Positions 12,363 to 26,299 of a stretch of DNA of 64,000 nucleotides are shown here, piece by piece. Within the stretch, counting starts at the first letter, position 1; each line of letters begins with the position of its first letter. The position numbers and the translations under genes were made by a program. Where the stretch lies: assembly GCA_965655095.1 (NCBI GenBank), contig OZ296648.1, positions 131,936,001 through 132,000,000 of the forward strand, in the 5' to 3' direction. The notes under the pieces were generated by a model. The model had not been told where the DNA came from. It saw nothing but the letters and a program-made list of their open reading frames with translations, and did not search any database. This stretch comes from Haplodiscus bocki (Eukaryota).

Positions 12363-13339
12363 TTTGAACTCAACTCAACTCCACTACCCAGTAGTGATAC
12401 TGAACAGAATATATATGGCCAATTGAACTACGGAAGATTTATTCCTAAATATTTAGTTTTTATAAACCTTAAAGTTTGGAATGACGCACAGTTTACGTTG
12501 GTTACGTCGTTTTTTGACGACTATTTCAGAATTTTCCGTTTCCTAAAAACTTGTAAAGCATATAAAAACTTGAAATTCTTGTGTTTTCAAATTCTTGCTT
12601 CAAATAGTCCGCTCTAATTGGTTTTTGCTGTTCAATCTTGGCTCCGTGAAACGCATAGAAGCATCCTGCCACAATCATCCTATTAAAAGGGAGCTGGAAA
12701 CATTTGTCGCGATTTTTTCTCGGATGTTGATCAGGTAATGATACTTGACAAACTTAAAGTTGGCAGACATTACGTAGCAAAACCAAAAACAGTGAGCCTA
12801 AAGATGTTTGATATCTGTGATGAACTAAATTTGCACGTAGCGCTTCTATCTCGTTAGTTTGAACAGAGAATGTGTCTCTACGTGGAACCAGAGCCTTGCT
12901 CACCGACTGAAGCGCTGATCACAAAACTTTCCCTTTCATAGTCGAAAGACATCAGATTGCATTAACCAATCAGATCGAGTTTCTGGGTCGTATTTGACTC
13001 AAAGCATTCGTCTCATGTACTTGTCATCAAAATGCCGGTTCTGAATGAGTGAATGCAGCCATGGCTCTTGCCTGGTCAACCTCGGGGAGAAATAAAAAAC
13101 CCTCAGCTTCCCTTACAATGCAAGCACCAGAAACTTGATTAACTATACTGCGCCGGTCTGGACGGACGTTCAATGTGAAAGACGCACTAGATTTTAAAAA
13201 ACTCAGAACTAGGCCCTGCACGGCGTCATTAACAGTCATGGCACAACTGAATGCTGAGTGACCTAAACCTCTCCCAATGCTATTATCGCCACAATCATCT
13301 TTATCACAAAATTATTACTTTGGCTCATATATTATATCG

Positions 13340-13792
13340 ATGGAAAATCATCCACTCAATGCGTGCGTTATTTTTTTGAACGTTTTTCTTGCCAATTGAA
13401 AATGCCCGGATGATTCTGAAATTGAATTTTTAATCACCACATTATTAGACTTTCTAACAGTCCTAAAAATTTTTTCAAGCCATTCGCAACTGACACAAGT
13501 TCCTAGATTTTACCAAAAAGGAAAGTCTTTATTTTGAAATTCTAATACTTAGCACTCGATTAGCTGCCGTAAATGTCAATATTGTAAATTTGCAAAACCT
13601 GGGACGCAAATATCGACATAAACGTCAAAATTGTAACGTAATAAAATTCACTCCAGTTAATCCGCATGAATTCATTTTTGTTGAGTGGCAAATTCAGTAC
13701 AATCGATTGACTGCCATACGAATATCAGCGATTAACGTCAAAAACGAAAATTGAATTTTTATAAAACGTGTATTTGTATTCTGCATACCACT
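13340..13792. mobile_element. Orphan terminal fragment related to the Polinton 1 terminal repeat
   Basis: Shares AAATCATCCACTC / TTGAACGTTTTT / TTGCCAATTGA.AATG with 3369-3430. Ends in TACCACT about 447 bp later, versus TACTACT 463 bp later in element 1. Confidence 0.55.
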
Positions 13793-15077
13793 AAATTTAA
13801 GGAGGGTTTTATGGGTGCCCTGATAACCAATATTCTTTGAGTCAACTTGGGGAAACCACGGAAAGTTTCGGTATTACTTTGTAATATTTTGATATGGGCT
13901 AATTTTTCGAAATCTCCGTTTTCATGTTGTCGCATGTCTAATGGTTTCGCGAAAAGTTTTTTCTGAGCACTTTTTGTTTCTGTTGAACTTTCTATTGATG
14001 GTTCATGAAGCAGTTTTAGGGACAGTTCTATCTGATCGGAAGAAAATAATTTTTAACTCATTGGCGTCGATAGTCGAGCCCAAGGACCCGTTTTAAAAAC
14101 TGAAAAACCAATGTTTGATTTTGTTTTTGTTCAAAGCCTGGCGGAAATAAGATTTACTTTTCTGCGTTTTTGAAGAGGCATTGCGTTTACCAATTGTTGT
14201 CCTATTTTTTCTTCGTTGTGACTTACCACATAAAATAATTCAATTCAGTCTGAACTTTCTTTCGTAATTTTGCTCGATTAGCGTAAACTTCCGCCTAGTC
14301 AGAAACTGAAAATTCGTGAAACCATTTTTTTCCACTTACAATGGTAGCCAAACACTTCAACATTGAAGGCAATCACTGGAATGAGATACTGATGGACTTT
14401 TAACGAAGATGAAGAACCTATATTTACCGAATAAACCTGCCTATCTAGCGATGAAAGTGAAGACCCAACACCAATTTTCCTTGCCCGATCACTACCTTAC
14501 AGGAAACTGTCACAAATCCTATAACACCATAAAGCAAATAGTGACCTAAAGTGAAAAACAAGGTTCCATCCAAGTTTAAATTCCAGCGCACAACCCAGCT
14601 ATACTTACGCCAATTTTGGAAATGGACAATGAAGAGCCTGATGACTTCACTGATACGGCTTATGGTCTAAGGCAAAAGATGAAAAATGCACCAGATTCTC
14701 GTCGGCATCCCTGATACAAACAAGTCACTCACCCCTAAAAACAGAGGTCGCAGCAACATTTTTCGACATTATGACGTGGCAAATAAACCAGCAACAAGCA
14801 CTATAAATTCTGTTCCAATTGTGTCAACGGTTGTGAAAGGACTACAGAAGAAAACACTACACTCTCAACTTAGACAGGAAACGTACGTCATAAGTTGCTT
14901 GGAATGCCCAAATCCCTACAGTGAGGTGATAGAAAAAAACGTCAATTATCTGCAGCAATTGTTACAGCGTGTCGAGTCGATGCGGAATCAATTACGGGGA
15001 GGACAAGATTGCCAGAAAAACTTTTCTCCGGAGTCTTCAGTTTCATCCCAGAAAGACCGTCAAAGGCTGCCGCCTGT

Positions 15078-15277
15078 NNNNNNNNNNNNNNNNNNNNNNN
15101 NNNNNNNNNNNNNNNNNNNNNNNNNNNNNNNNNNNNNNNNNNNNNNNNNNNNNNNNNNNNNNNNNNNNNNNNNNNNNNNNNNNNNNNNNNNNNNNNNNNN
15201 NNNNNNNNNNNNNNNNNNNNNNNNNNNNNNNNNNNNNNNNNNNNNNNNNNNNNNNNNNNNNNNNNNNNNNNNNNNNN
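15078..15277. other. Assembly gap (200 N)
   Basis: Run of 200 n characters. Confidence 1.
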
Positions 15278-15647
15278 AATAACTTTGGACGATGCACTAG
15301 TGTACAAGTTGGAAAGATGTCTGGCGACCTGCCTTTACGTGAAGTTCTTGGGAATTGGCAAATTATATAGAACTTCGTATGACCATATCTTTCGTTTTAT
15401 CCCTGTGCGAAAGTTAATAGTGGGACATGCTTGATATGCCACATTCATTGTGTACATAGATATTCGCTTGTCTATTTATCACCAAAAGACATCAGTCATT
15501 GCCTACAATTTCGAATATTCTGCCTGGAGTAGGTCGTCCATATGGATTGTCTGCCAAGGTGCTTTCGATAATCTGCTCATTTCTAGACATTCTTGACTTA
15601 TTTTACGTTTGGTTGAACTCTTTTTACTCTTTTGCTAAATTATGGGA

Positions 15648-18600
15648 GAAGTATTGAAGTATTGAATTAATTTAGTTGGATTGTACTTATCACACAACAA
15701 ATGAAGTAGTTAAATTGGAGAGTCTGTACATCCAACAAGGACATTTGATGAGTCGTATCCGAATCTTCGAGCAAATGCCCAGGAAAGCCTCTTATTGTTC
15801 GAAATCTAAATCATAAGGTCTCTGAAGTTACTAAAAGAACAATTGATGAAGAACTTGATTATCAGCAATATAGAGTTTTGTAAATTCAGCTAATTTTTGC
15901 CTTCAATTTAGGCTATTCAAGCCTTCAAGCATTAAGTTATTGGTCATGAGCCAGTTATGTATTCTTAAGAGTCTAGTTTCTAGTGAGTTCCTCATGATAA
16001 GAGTTCGCGTTAACTTGGGCATTAGGCAATTTAGCTTGGCTATTCTGGTTTTCATTATGTGCTGTTCTGGTAGTTCAGCCTTGAGAAAAATGCTAAGTGA
16101 GTTACCCGTTCGCTCTTCAAAATATTGCCGAAGTAGGCTCTGGATATGTAGCTCGTAAACAGTTAGCAAATTAAACTTTCTAAAGTGCCCAGAGACTGAG
16201 TCCCAGTTTTTCATGAAAAAGATAGTGCGTACAATACGTTTTTGTGCCTGATATATTGGGTGGAAACTAGTTTTATTGGTACAACCGTATACTAAAATGC
16301 CGTAATGAAGCGCCGATTGATCAAAGGAAAAATAAAATCTAAGAAGTATTTTTCTGCTATAATAATGACGAATTCTGTAAATCAGGCCACAAAATTTGGA
16401 AAGTTTTTTTGCAAATGGTATCAACATGTTCTTTGAAACTCAATTTTTTGTCCAAAATGACACCCAGATATTTACAGGAGTCATTTGGACTCATTGTGTC
16501 ACCCAGAAGTTCAATGGAGTTCAATATGGGTTTCCCATGGCTCATAAAATGACTTTTCTTTGTGTTCAAGGTCAATTTATTACTTTCAAAGCACTTTGCC
16601 GTTTTATCAATGTCAAAGGAAAAATCAGAAGCGCAATCGATTCCAACAGTCGTAATATTGGTGTCTTTGAGACAGGATGGGAAAACACCCGAGTCGGTCA
16701 TCGAATTGAAAATGCTGGTTAAATAGGGAACTAAAACTATTGCAGAAATTTTCAAAATTCTGTTATTGATACCATCGATCGAGCTACTTGTTTTATTTTC
16801 TAGGCTGAAGATGATTTTCAGTATTTCGGAATCACCTGCGGGAAAGCAAAACATCGTTGTTGGACAATCATTCATCGAATTTGTGAATTCTTCACTGCTC
16901 GTCTTAAATTGGTCCAACTGATGTTGGCCAAGTTGAGAGAAGTGCAAATTCAATTCATCGATATCAATCGGTAAGTCATTTTTCATTTGAGTTTTTGTTA
17001 TTTGTCTCAAGGAATCAAAAATCTGCTTGCTGGTTGGTTTTGATCCAATTTTTTTATTCAACTCTTGCCTTTTGCATGTTCTAATTGATTTTGTTACTTC
17101 GTTACGAATGCTAACGTTTGCTTTTTTGTTTTCCGGTGAAGGATGCTTCAAATACCTTTGGAACAGTTTATCTCGCTTCCTAATTTGTTTACTACTTTCA
17201 GGATTTACTGTCTTCCGATATCGTGTCACTGAAATCACAGACAAAGGGGCAAATCGCTCAACTGTTTCTAGAACAATTTTTGATATGCTTTCAAGTGTTT
17301 CATTTGTGTCAATGGTCATAGCACATTTGAGTTTTTGATCCAAAAGAAACAGATATTTGAGATGAGTTTCTTCGTTTGAAAATACGCTATAGTTGCGAAT
17401 TTCAATTGTCTCGAACGATGTGGTGCTTTTACTTTGAAAAGAGGCCGGCAATTCTGCTAAGACAATGTAATGATCGCTAATTTTGTTCAATAACGTTACG
17501 GTAGATGTCATATTTTTCATTGAACTATGATCGATGCAAGATTTAGAACTAGGAGTTTCTCTAGTTGGTAAATTATTGAGAACATAAAGATAATAACTAC
17601 CCAAAAGATCAAGGTAGGAGCTAGCTGATTTATCAGGACAGGATACATTAATATTGAAATCACCGCAAAGAATCAAATCCTTTTTGGAGTCATGTTGCAA
17701 CAATAGAAATTCAAGTTGATTGAGAAACGATTGGACTTGAGACTGTGGGGTACGATATACCACACAAATCAAACCCAGGGCTCTTTTGTGCAGTGTTGTT
17801 TCCACCATGAGTGATTCAAGTTCAGTGACAGTTCGGACCTCCGAGTATTGCAACGATTCAGCAATGTAAACTGCAATGCCTCCTCCGCTTTTTCCAACGC
17901 GATGTTTCCCTGTAATGGGATGATAGCCGGGTAAATTAAAAACCTCAAGGTTGTCTTCCTGCATCAACCAGGTCTCCGTCAGAAAGATTACGCTTGGTGT
18001 TTTTTCAAGATTTTTTATGAAGAAATCAAATTCTTCAAAAATTTTCTTTAGAGACCTCATGTTCAAATTTAAAATGTAGTTTTTTTTTCACAGAACCTAT
18101 GTGATTTCAATTCTTCGAGGCTTTCCAAAAAGTAATTTATACAGTCCGTGGCCATTAACGTACCTGTGCAGTCAAAGTTTTTGGTTTTGTATTTAAAAAA
18201 ATTGCTTGTGGAAAAAAGTCATTTTCGTCGCTGCAACATTCCTTCGCACTAAAACTTTACAAAAGTTCAAGAAATTTTGACTGCAAAACATCTTTCAGCC
18301 TGCCAATAGATTGTTGCCTGCTACATTTTCATCCTCGTGACGTTGATTTTTGGTTTCCTTGGTTGACAAATCTTCAGGTGACGTTCTGCTACGTTTCAAT
18401 GTATTGTGGTTTCCGCTGCTTGGTTTTGTTGAACAGGGTGTTGAAGCTGAGGCATAGTTTCTTGGTTTTTTTTGATAGCTTTGTTTCTCATGTCAAGAAC
18501 AGCTTTTTTTGAGTTAACTTCGACACCACGATATGATCCATCATCACTTTAACTTTGCATTTAACTGTGGTTGTAATCATATTTTTGGCTTTAGCAAAGT

Positions 18601-18980
18601 CAAAAATTTCTTTCTGGTGTCGAGGTAAGCGTTCTTTGATATATATAGGAAAGCCGTTGCATTGATTAGTTTTACGGGATAATGAAAAGTCTGATTCATG
18701 TTAAATGACTGCTGGTTTTTCCACGGAGGAGAGTTTTGAAAATTGATGTCGCATCAAGCGGAAGAATTCAAGGATTGAAACTCATCAGAACATGTGTCCT
18801 GATCCAGAAGAGGTCCCCAGCTGTAAGGAAAGTAGTAGTGTTGCTGGTGACAGATAAACAAGTGAACCTGAACAAAAAGGACAAGCACTGCGAAAAGGCA
18901 GCACCAAAGGCACTGATCACGATAAGTCAACAGAGAACACCGTTCGCAAAGGAACGGTTGCATAATAACTCAAGGCGAAG
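15648..18980 (-). mobile_element. CR1/L2-group non-LTR retrotransposon (degenerate); 5' limit approximate
   Basis: APE-RT ORF2, ORF1 remnant (GFPIYIKERLPRHQKEIF near 18600-18660), 3' stem-loop (15739-15780) and 8-bp tandem tail (TTCAATAC)2 at 15648-15666. Confidence 0.85.
15903..18066 (-). pseudogene. LINE ORF2: AP endonuclease plus reverse transcriptase with deleted core and a frameshift
   Basis: LTETW, GGGIAVY, YRTP, GDFN, IDH and SDH endonuclease motifs; LNTKKS, KYLGVILD, FKEHV and YGILVYG C-terminal motifs. ORFs 16357-18066 and 15903-16427. Confidence 0.92.
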
Positions 18981-20589
18981 GTGAACGTGAGTTTTGATGA
19001 CGGTTTGGAAAAATTCAAGAATGGCAGAAAGCTTGAAGAAGCAATCACATTAGACTTCTTCTTAAAGAAACCCGGAAAATGAAGGGAGCCTAATTTAGAT
19101 TTTATTGTACATTTTCAGAAATTCAAATTGTGAATGCAATGGTTCAATGGATAATTTTTGAAACGGTAAAATTGGATTGCCTGGGCCCCTATTTAAGCTC
19201 TTTGGAAGTCAGATTACTTTGGAATATGGTTAGGCCGTAGTGTACGTTAGCAGAGATATAATCCGCGTGATAGATACATACCCAAGTAAAAAAAAATTTT
19301 GTAGCCCTTAAAAAAACAACGTTGTCATCTAGTGCAGTGTTTCTTTATTACATTACATACAAAAAACACATGTTTATATACACACGCTTTATACCAGTGG
19401 TAAAATAGGTAATTTTCCATTAAACCTAATGCTGGATGGTATTTTGAATTATAATTTAGCTGCACGTAAAAAACTTATTGTATTTGAGCATTCCTGGTAA
19501 AGAACATAACTTAATACGTTTTTGTACAGATTCCTTGGTGCACCCACTTTTCAACTCCAATCGGAATACACCACTGAATCTTAGATAATGCAGCATGACT
19601 GTCTGCTAATGAGACGGGGGATAGGTTGACTGGACCTTTTAGTTGACATTTACGAGTCAAAATACAATAAGTCGCCAGTATGAAATGAGTGATTTAAGCT
19701 GATAACGGTTAAGTATTTTTTCATCGATTTTGATGGAAACATGGGTATTCAGCACATTGTAACTGTTTAATAATCAATTAACAGACGAATGATCTAAAAG
19801 TTTATAGTTTTTTCCAACTTTTCGATGAGAGATTTCTGAAATGCATAAATTAATAAAATTTAAAATCACACACTACATGTAATTTCTTTTTCATTTTTCC
19901 AGGTAGAAGCAGAGGCAAATTTTAAAAAGAATTTTTTTGAATAAACTATTTTATAGTAGATGGCGACGTCTGTTGACCTGTATGCTGGTGACTTTTTCAT
20001 GTTTTTTGAAACAAAACCAAATACTAAGTTTTGTGGTGTAACAGACATTATAAAACAACTGCATTTTACAAACACCTAAAAACAAATCTACTTTTTGCAG
20101 TGCTTTATAATAAAGTGAGTTCAAATGTTAATTACCTAAAAATGATTGAGGCACCAGTAAATTTCATTATGAAGATGTTTTGTGTGTGCAATGAAAACAT
20201 AAACAAAAATATATCAGAAACATTTGACGTCCAAAAAACATAAATACATTTCAGGAGGAATAAGGAAATTCTTTTGTAGCCTTTTTAACATTACTTTTTT
20301 CCCTGAAGCATAAGTAAAACATTTGTAATCATATAAATACTCAGTTAAAACAGGACAATATTTTAGATCTGATGAACGCCAATTAGTTTAAGATAGAAAA
20401 CGACAACATAATTGTCAAAAAGTTAAATGTAAAATTTGCAGTAAAATTTATCATTTTCTCTAACAGAGGAAATATGAAAACACCAAAAGCCATCGTGATA
20501 AAGTAAGAAAAATAAAAGAACGAAATTACTATCGTTGTGATACTTTTAAAGTTCTTGTTAAAAAGATACATAGTAAACAGAAGATACAT

Positions 20590-23500
20590 ACAAAATGATA
20601 GAAGAAAACACTAAAGGGCGGAAGTTTTATTCGATCCTTTCGCCCGTACTGAAGATCAACAACAATGCCAGAATTCTCAATGTAAATCTGTTGGTCTTTT
20701 CTTTGCAAACGCTATTGTTAAAAAAACAGCTTATCAATACTTTGCTAAAGAGGATATACAAACAGTATATAGAGAAATTTGTAGAACATAAAGAAAACGA
20801 AGCATAATTAGAAAGCATAACTTTGAATAATGTGTATCTTTCTATGCACTGTTTGAATATGATTTTATTGATGCTCATGAAACTTCAACATTGAAGGATG
20901 TTCACATAAACTTAGGACAAAAAGAACTAACAACACCAGATTGAGGAAAAAAAATTTAAAACCTAGATTTTCAGCAAAAGGTTGAAGAAGTACAGCTACA
21001 AGAGTCTGGATGGAGGTTTTTCGGAAGACAAAGCATGGTTGTTAAACTTTTTAAATTAGATTCTATTGGAGGCACTACTTGTGTCGCACTTCCTATAAAT
21101 CACAAATCAATCAGAAACCAATAAATTACAATTGATAAATAATGTGGGATTTGGTCTATTTTACGTCGTTTATATCCTACGAAAACAAATACTTTTTTAA
21201 CTGCCAGCTATATTCAGCATTTTAATTCAATAAAAGCAGATGGTATAAAGATTGATATTCGATTACAAGTTAAGGACATGTCCAAACTAGAAACATTAAA
21301 AACTCCATCAATACACGTATTTCAACTAGATGAAGTACAATCATACCCAGTTACCGTTTTACCAATATACACATCTAAAAATGAAGATTGTAATCCGAAA
21401 GAAAGAATTATGGATTTTTTAATTTCCAAAAAGCACTATTGTCTGATTAATTTGTTTTATACCTTCGTGGAAACGAATATTCGAAATTACATGTGTAGAA
21501 ATTGTTAAGCTACTTTTTCAACATAAGATGTATCAACAAACTTAGGAGGAATTTGGAAATGAACCTTGTATAATGAAATTTCGAGTAAAAGATTCTTTTA
21601 CTTCTGAGGACTTCTACCACAAAAAAACTTTCCTTTCACTTTTTAGGTATTGCTGATTTCGAATGTGTGAGTGAAATGCTTTCTAACACAAACATTGGTG
21701 AAAAGAACTAATTTTTCCTGCACAAGGGGCTGTCAGCTGCAGTTTGACATCAGTTTTTGATTTAGAAAATCTTTCAAAATCCAGTTACCAGCGTTATTTC
21801 AGGCCATTTTGTGTAAAACGATTTGCAATAAGTAAAGTAGCTTTATGAAAAGAAAAGAGAGCGAAGTTGATTTAAAAAATTTTAAAACAAATATGAGAGA
21901 AGAATATTACGAAAAATTCAACAACGCGGAAGAGAGTTGGATTTGTGAGCAACCTTTTCTTATCAAAAGCCATTATGTTTATCTTTTTATTGCGAAGAAA
22001 TTAAAGCAAAACAAGCTAAAAAGTGTCCCAGTTTGAGATTTGAGTGGGGGTTGAGATGGTGAAGAGAACAGTGTAATACAACAGCGAAATACAGAGGAGC
22101 AGCATAAGTAAAATGTAATCTGAATACCAGACAAACCTTTTCCAGTTTTTGCTAATTGCCTTCCAGAATTTTTGTCAAAATAAAGCACTTTTGTTGTTTA
22201 CTGAATTAAATGAAAAAAAAAGAATTTCATCAAATTTCACTGTATCGCCAAAAGTGATGAAAGGTATGCTTCAATGACCTGTGGATGTATAAGGTTTATA
22301 GATGCATTCAGTTTTATGAATAAGAATTTAGAGACTTTGGTAAAAAGGTGGAAGGAGGAAGAATTTATAATAACAGGAAAAGTATTTGCAGACCAATGGA
22401 GGTTTGTTAAACAAGAGATGCCCTATACCAGAAGCGTTCCAAAAATCTATTGAATTCGACAAACCGTTAACTAACTTCATATAGGGAAAATGTTTTTCAT
22501 CTTCAACAGATGAAAATCTAGATTTAGAATTTACCATTAAATTCATAAAAGAATTCATTTTAAAAACTGGGCAGGAAATTACCAAAATTTTTTAATTAGA
22601 CAGTTGTGTTTTCTGTGGCTGATGTTTTTCGTACTCTTATAAAACTGATATAAAACAAATGGTTTCATTCATTATGTTTTTCTTAATAAAAAACAGGTTT
22701 TACTTACGATTGTGCTTTCTTTATAAAAAGCATTGAATGGGGTATTTAAAAGGTAAAGTCTTATTTTTGCCTGTAGAAATGACGGTTAGAGGAAGTGTAT
22801 CTGGTGTAGTTAGCAGAAAAATTCTGAGAATTGTGATTTTATTCATAGATGCCATTAATTTATCTGGATTGGCCATGACACAATATGCGATAAATTCTTT
22901 GCAAAAGATACATTTGGAAGAGATGATGCTAGTGAAATTATTTTTGCATCGATTTAGATTAGAATACACAGACACCATGAACAAAAAACGTTATTTTTCA
23001 CTATGTCCAGTATCTAAAAAGGTTTATAAAGCATTTTTCACTCACTTACTGAAAAACATTATGCCACGTGAATATAGACCTGTAAATAACTTGTATTACC
23101 ACTAGACTGATGAAAAAAATAGTAAACTAACCATAGAAAAATAAAAGTGTAAGTGGAAATGGGTATGGAAGTTGAGAAAATAAATAAAATTTGAAAAATT
23201 AAGCTAAAGAAGTTGTTAAAACCAAATATTGATTTGAGTTTTGACCTATGATAGAAAACTGAAAACAAGTTTCAGGGAAATTTTTGTAAAAGGATTAATA
23301 AAAGCCTGTGTGGAAAAATTGTAGAGCATGTAAGACAAAATAAGAATGGTAGCCGTAAGAATTGCTGAGCAAAGTATTAAAAGACAACCTAACAAAGATT
23401 ATGTTAATTATAAATTAGATGAAACAGAAAAGTAAGGAGGCGATACAATTACTGTGTAATACTTTAATAACCGTATGACATTTAGCAAGCCAATACGCAT

Positions 23501-24060
23501 AGGGTTTACAATTTATGATTCATCAAAGTTATTTATGATCAAAACATATTACAATGAATTACAATCAATTTTTGGAGAAAACAAGTTTAAAGGTCATCAT
23601 ATGATTACAGATTGAAATTTTTGAGTTTTGAGACAGATGATTTGGTTACAGATAAAAAAGTAACAATAAAAATGTGATATGTTTCAGTTTAGTAAATTAG
23701 AGATTCATTTGATTTATATGACGAGACAAAAAAGTTCTTTGTTAGTTCGAAACAGAGACACCAAAATCACTTGAATTATATGAAATCCCTGCATTAAGAG
23801 CAAATGCATATACATACATCCAAAAATGGAGAAGAAAGGAAAACAAATTAAGGGAATTACAAAGGTAACATTAAGAAAAATTCAATTTCCGAAAATTATA
23901 AAGATTCCTCGGAAAAAATTTCTACGGAAGATGAAAAAACTTATAAAACGATACTAAAAATGATCATCATAAACTGTATGTAGATCAACTAGTACAAAGG
24001 GGTTATCTAAGTTTGATGCCGAAAGAAAGTATAAAAACGCGATTGAAGTTGAGCAGTAGG
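20590..24060 (+). pseudogene. Protein-primed DNA polymerase B (many stops and frameshifts)
   Basis: QESGW, CGIWSIL, ADFEC (Exo I), FIDAFSFM, RGSVSG, DAINLSGLAMTQ (motif A), KRINKSLCGK (motif B), KPIRIGF, ALRANAY and KGITK in the expected order. Confidence 0.85.
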
Positions 24061-24129
24061 ACGGGTAGATAAAGTTAAATTTTGTTTATTCTTTTTTTTG
24101 AGCAACATCTTCCAAAAAGTGAAAAACAA

Positions 24130-24950
24130 ATTTTTTCGAAAAGAATTTCATGTCTAGCCCCGTAGAAAGATTTTTGGTACTAACAAAACTGATGTGTATG
24201 ACATAGATGATACTTGGAGCATGGCTTTATTAGACCTCAATGATTATGGGCCGAATTATAATAAACGTTACAGATATGATTTAGAAGAAGTCGATGAGTT
24301 TTCAAGAAGCGGATGAATTTCTGAAATGAAAAAGAGAAGTGTTCAGACAAAAAGAGAATCATTTGAAAACATCCGTAAAACCTCAAAAAAACTGGAATTC
24401 ATTGAAAGGGATGAGGTAAAAGAATATGTAGGCAATTTTTTTACTGATATCTTGAACATAAATAGTTGTAGAAGATATATTTGCTATACAACAAAAGGAG
24501 AAAATTTTGCTGAAAAATTCAATAAAACTTTCATAGAGCTTCTGAAGATACCTGTAGTTACAAAAGAGTCTGGAGATTGGATAGATGAGATAAATGCAGT
24601 AACAAAGCAATTCAAAAAGAAAAACAACCTGTAAGTAATTTACCACCAATACAAGCGTCTTCAAAAAAGAATGAAGGTTTTGTTTACACAAAATTTGCAG
24701 ACCAAAGGAAATGAAATCAGAAGGAAAATCTCGAGATTTATTTAGAACTGCAGACAAGGAAAATTTATTACTGGAGGTGATACAACAAACTAGTGTTACA
24801 AAATGTATACAGTCATTGAAACTTTCAATGACGCAAAAGCAACTTAGTATTTATATAGTTCACCTGAAACGTACAACGAAGCAATGTTAAAGAATCAAAA
24901 TTAACATTGGGAAAGTTTGAACAAATCTTGAAGAAAATTAATTTGTAAAT
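24130..24950 (+). pseudogene. Polinton retroviral-like (rve) integrase
   Basis: IDDTWSMALLDL..YRY..VDEFS, IERDEVKEY, FAEKFNKT. Clearly homologous to 57734-58600. Confidence 0.85.
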
Positions 24951-25440
24951 TTTTACATTTTCAGATCCTATGTCTAACTTCAATTTGAAAAACAACTGCA
25001 AGTAACACAGAAACGACAACAAGTATAGAACAATCTAACATTGAATACAAAAATATATCTGAGAGATGATGAGTTTCCAATAAATTCTACCATTGTCAAA
25101 TTACATCCAAAAAGAGGAACACGTTCAGTTTGTTTTGTTAATAACTTTTATGTTGATTCGCTCTTTAGGATTTTTGAAAGGTTATGACGACATGTCCCCG
25201 GAAAGCACGTGGTTCAGAGGGCCGACCAACAATGCTCCCACGAGGAACGTGACTCTTCTAGCCACCCACCGTTTTGAAGTTATCTTTTTTTTCCTCTGAT
25301 CCTAATGAATTAGTGGATGGAATAAAACTGCTTCATCAAAAGAAGGTGGGAATGATTCCAAAAATTCAAATGGTCAGAAAGCAGCAATTTTTGATGAACA
25401 TTTTCTAAGAAGAGTATTTAACCAGAAATGATCATGCTAA
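24950..25440 (+). pseudogene. Conserved Polinton protein with DPNEL motif
   Basis: SDPNELVDGIKLL at ~25295-25335; homologous to LPSDANELCNG at ~60010-60045. Confidence 0.55.
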
Positions 25441-25649
25441 TTTGCTTACTTCAGCAAACAGTTCAATTTTTTTTATAAAATGTATCCGCTACAAGTTTAA
25501 AAACCTTTTATTCTTTTTTGCTTTTATTACAACTACAAATCTTTTCTTCATCATCTCTCGTTTTCATTCGAAGATAACTATTCTTTTCTTTCCATGCTTC
25601 TTCACAAAGCTCCTTGTATTCATCTTATCTCATGTGAAAACCAACTATA

Positions 25650-26240
25650 ATATTAATTAAAATTTGCACTGTTTTAGCAGTTTCTTTAAATGAAATAAAA
25701 ATGTTTTCTTCTTATCTCTTTTTGTTCTTGATAAGTCAAATTTTTATTGTGATAAAAAATACACATCAATATTTTCAAGTCTATCACGTGTGAAGGAAGG
25801 TGAAGTATTATTTGGCTTTTCTTTTAAGTTATCATCAAAACCAACAAAGCAATCGTTATATTCATCAATTGTGGATAATTTCGCAGAATCATAATCAAGA
25901 AATGAATGGGAGATGTTGTTAAATGTAACCTTTTTCTCTTTCGGTTCTTCAGCTCATTTTTTAGGATTTTGTTCATGCAAACCAATGTTTTTCCACAAAA
26001 GCAAGGACCAACAAGGAAAGTCCTATTATTTTTATTTTCATTGATCTCAGTCTCATTACGTTGATTCATCGAAAGGTGACTCGTAGATCGAGGGCGTTGT
26101 CGATGTTCTTGATCAACTATTTGATCTCTGATTTTGTGTGTTTCACACTCTCACATTTCATTTTTCCACTAATACATTTTTTTCACAAATACTGTACACT
26201 TTTTTTCTTGTTAAAATTAAACTTTTCATTTTGAAATGTC
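25650..26240 (-). pseudogene. Polinton DNA-packaging ATPase (A32/FtsK-like)
   Basis: Walker A RTFLVGPCFCGKT in ORF 25824-26069; a Walker-B-like VGFDDNL follows in a shifted frame. Confidence 0.75.
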
Positions 26241-26299
26241 ATTAATTTGATTGCAAATTTATATTTTTAAAAGACTATTAACACAAATGGAAAAAATGA

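Noticed and set aside
14686-15434. ORFs spanning the N run
   Set aside because: Their length is an artefact of the 200-N gap, and the flanking peptides have no motif I can recognise.
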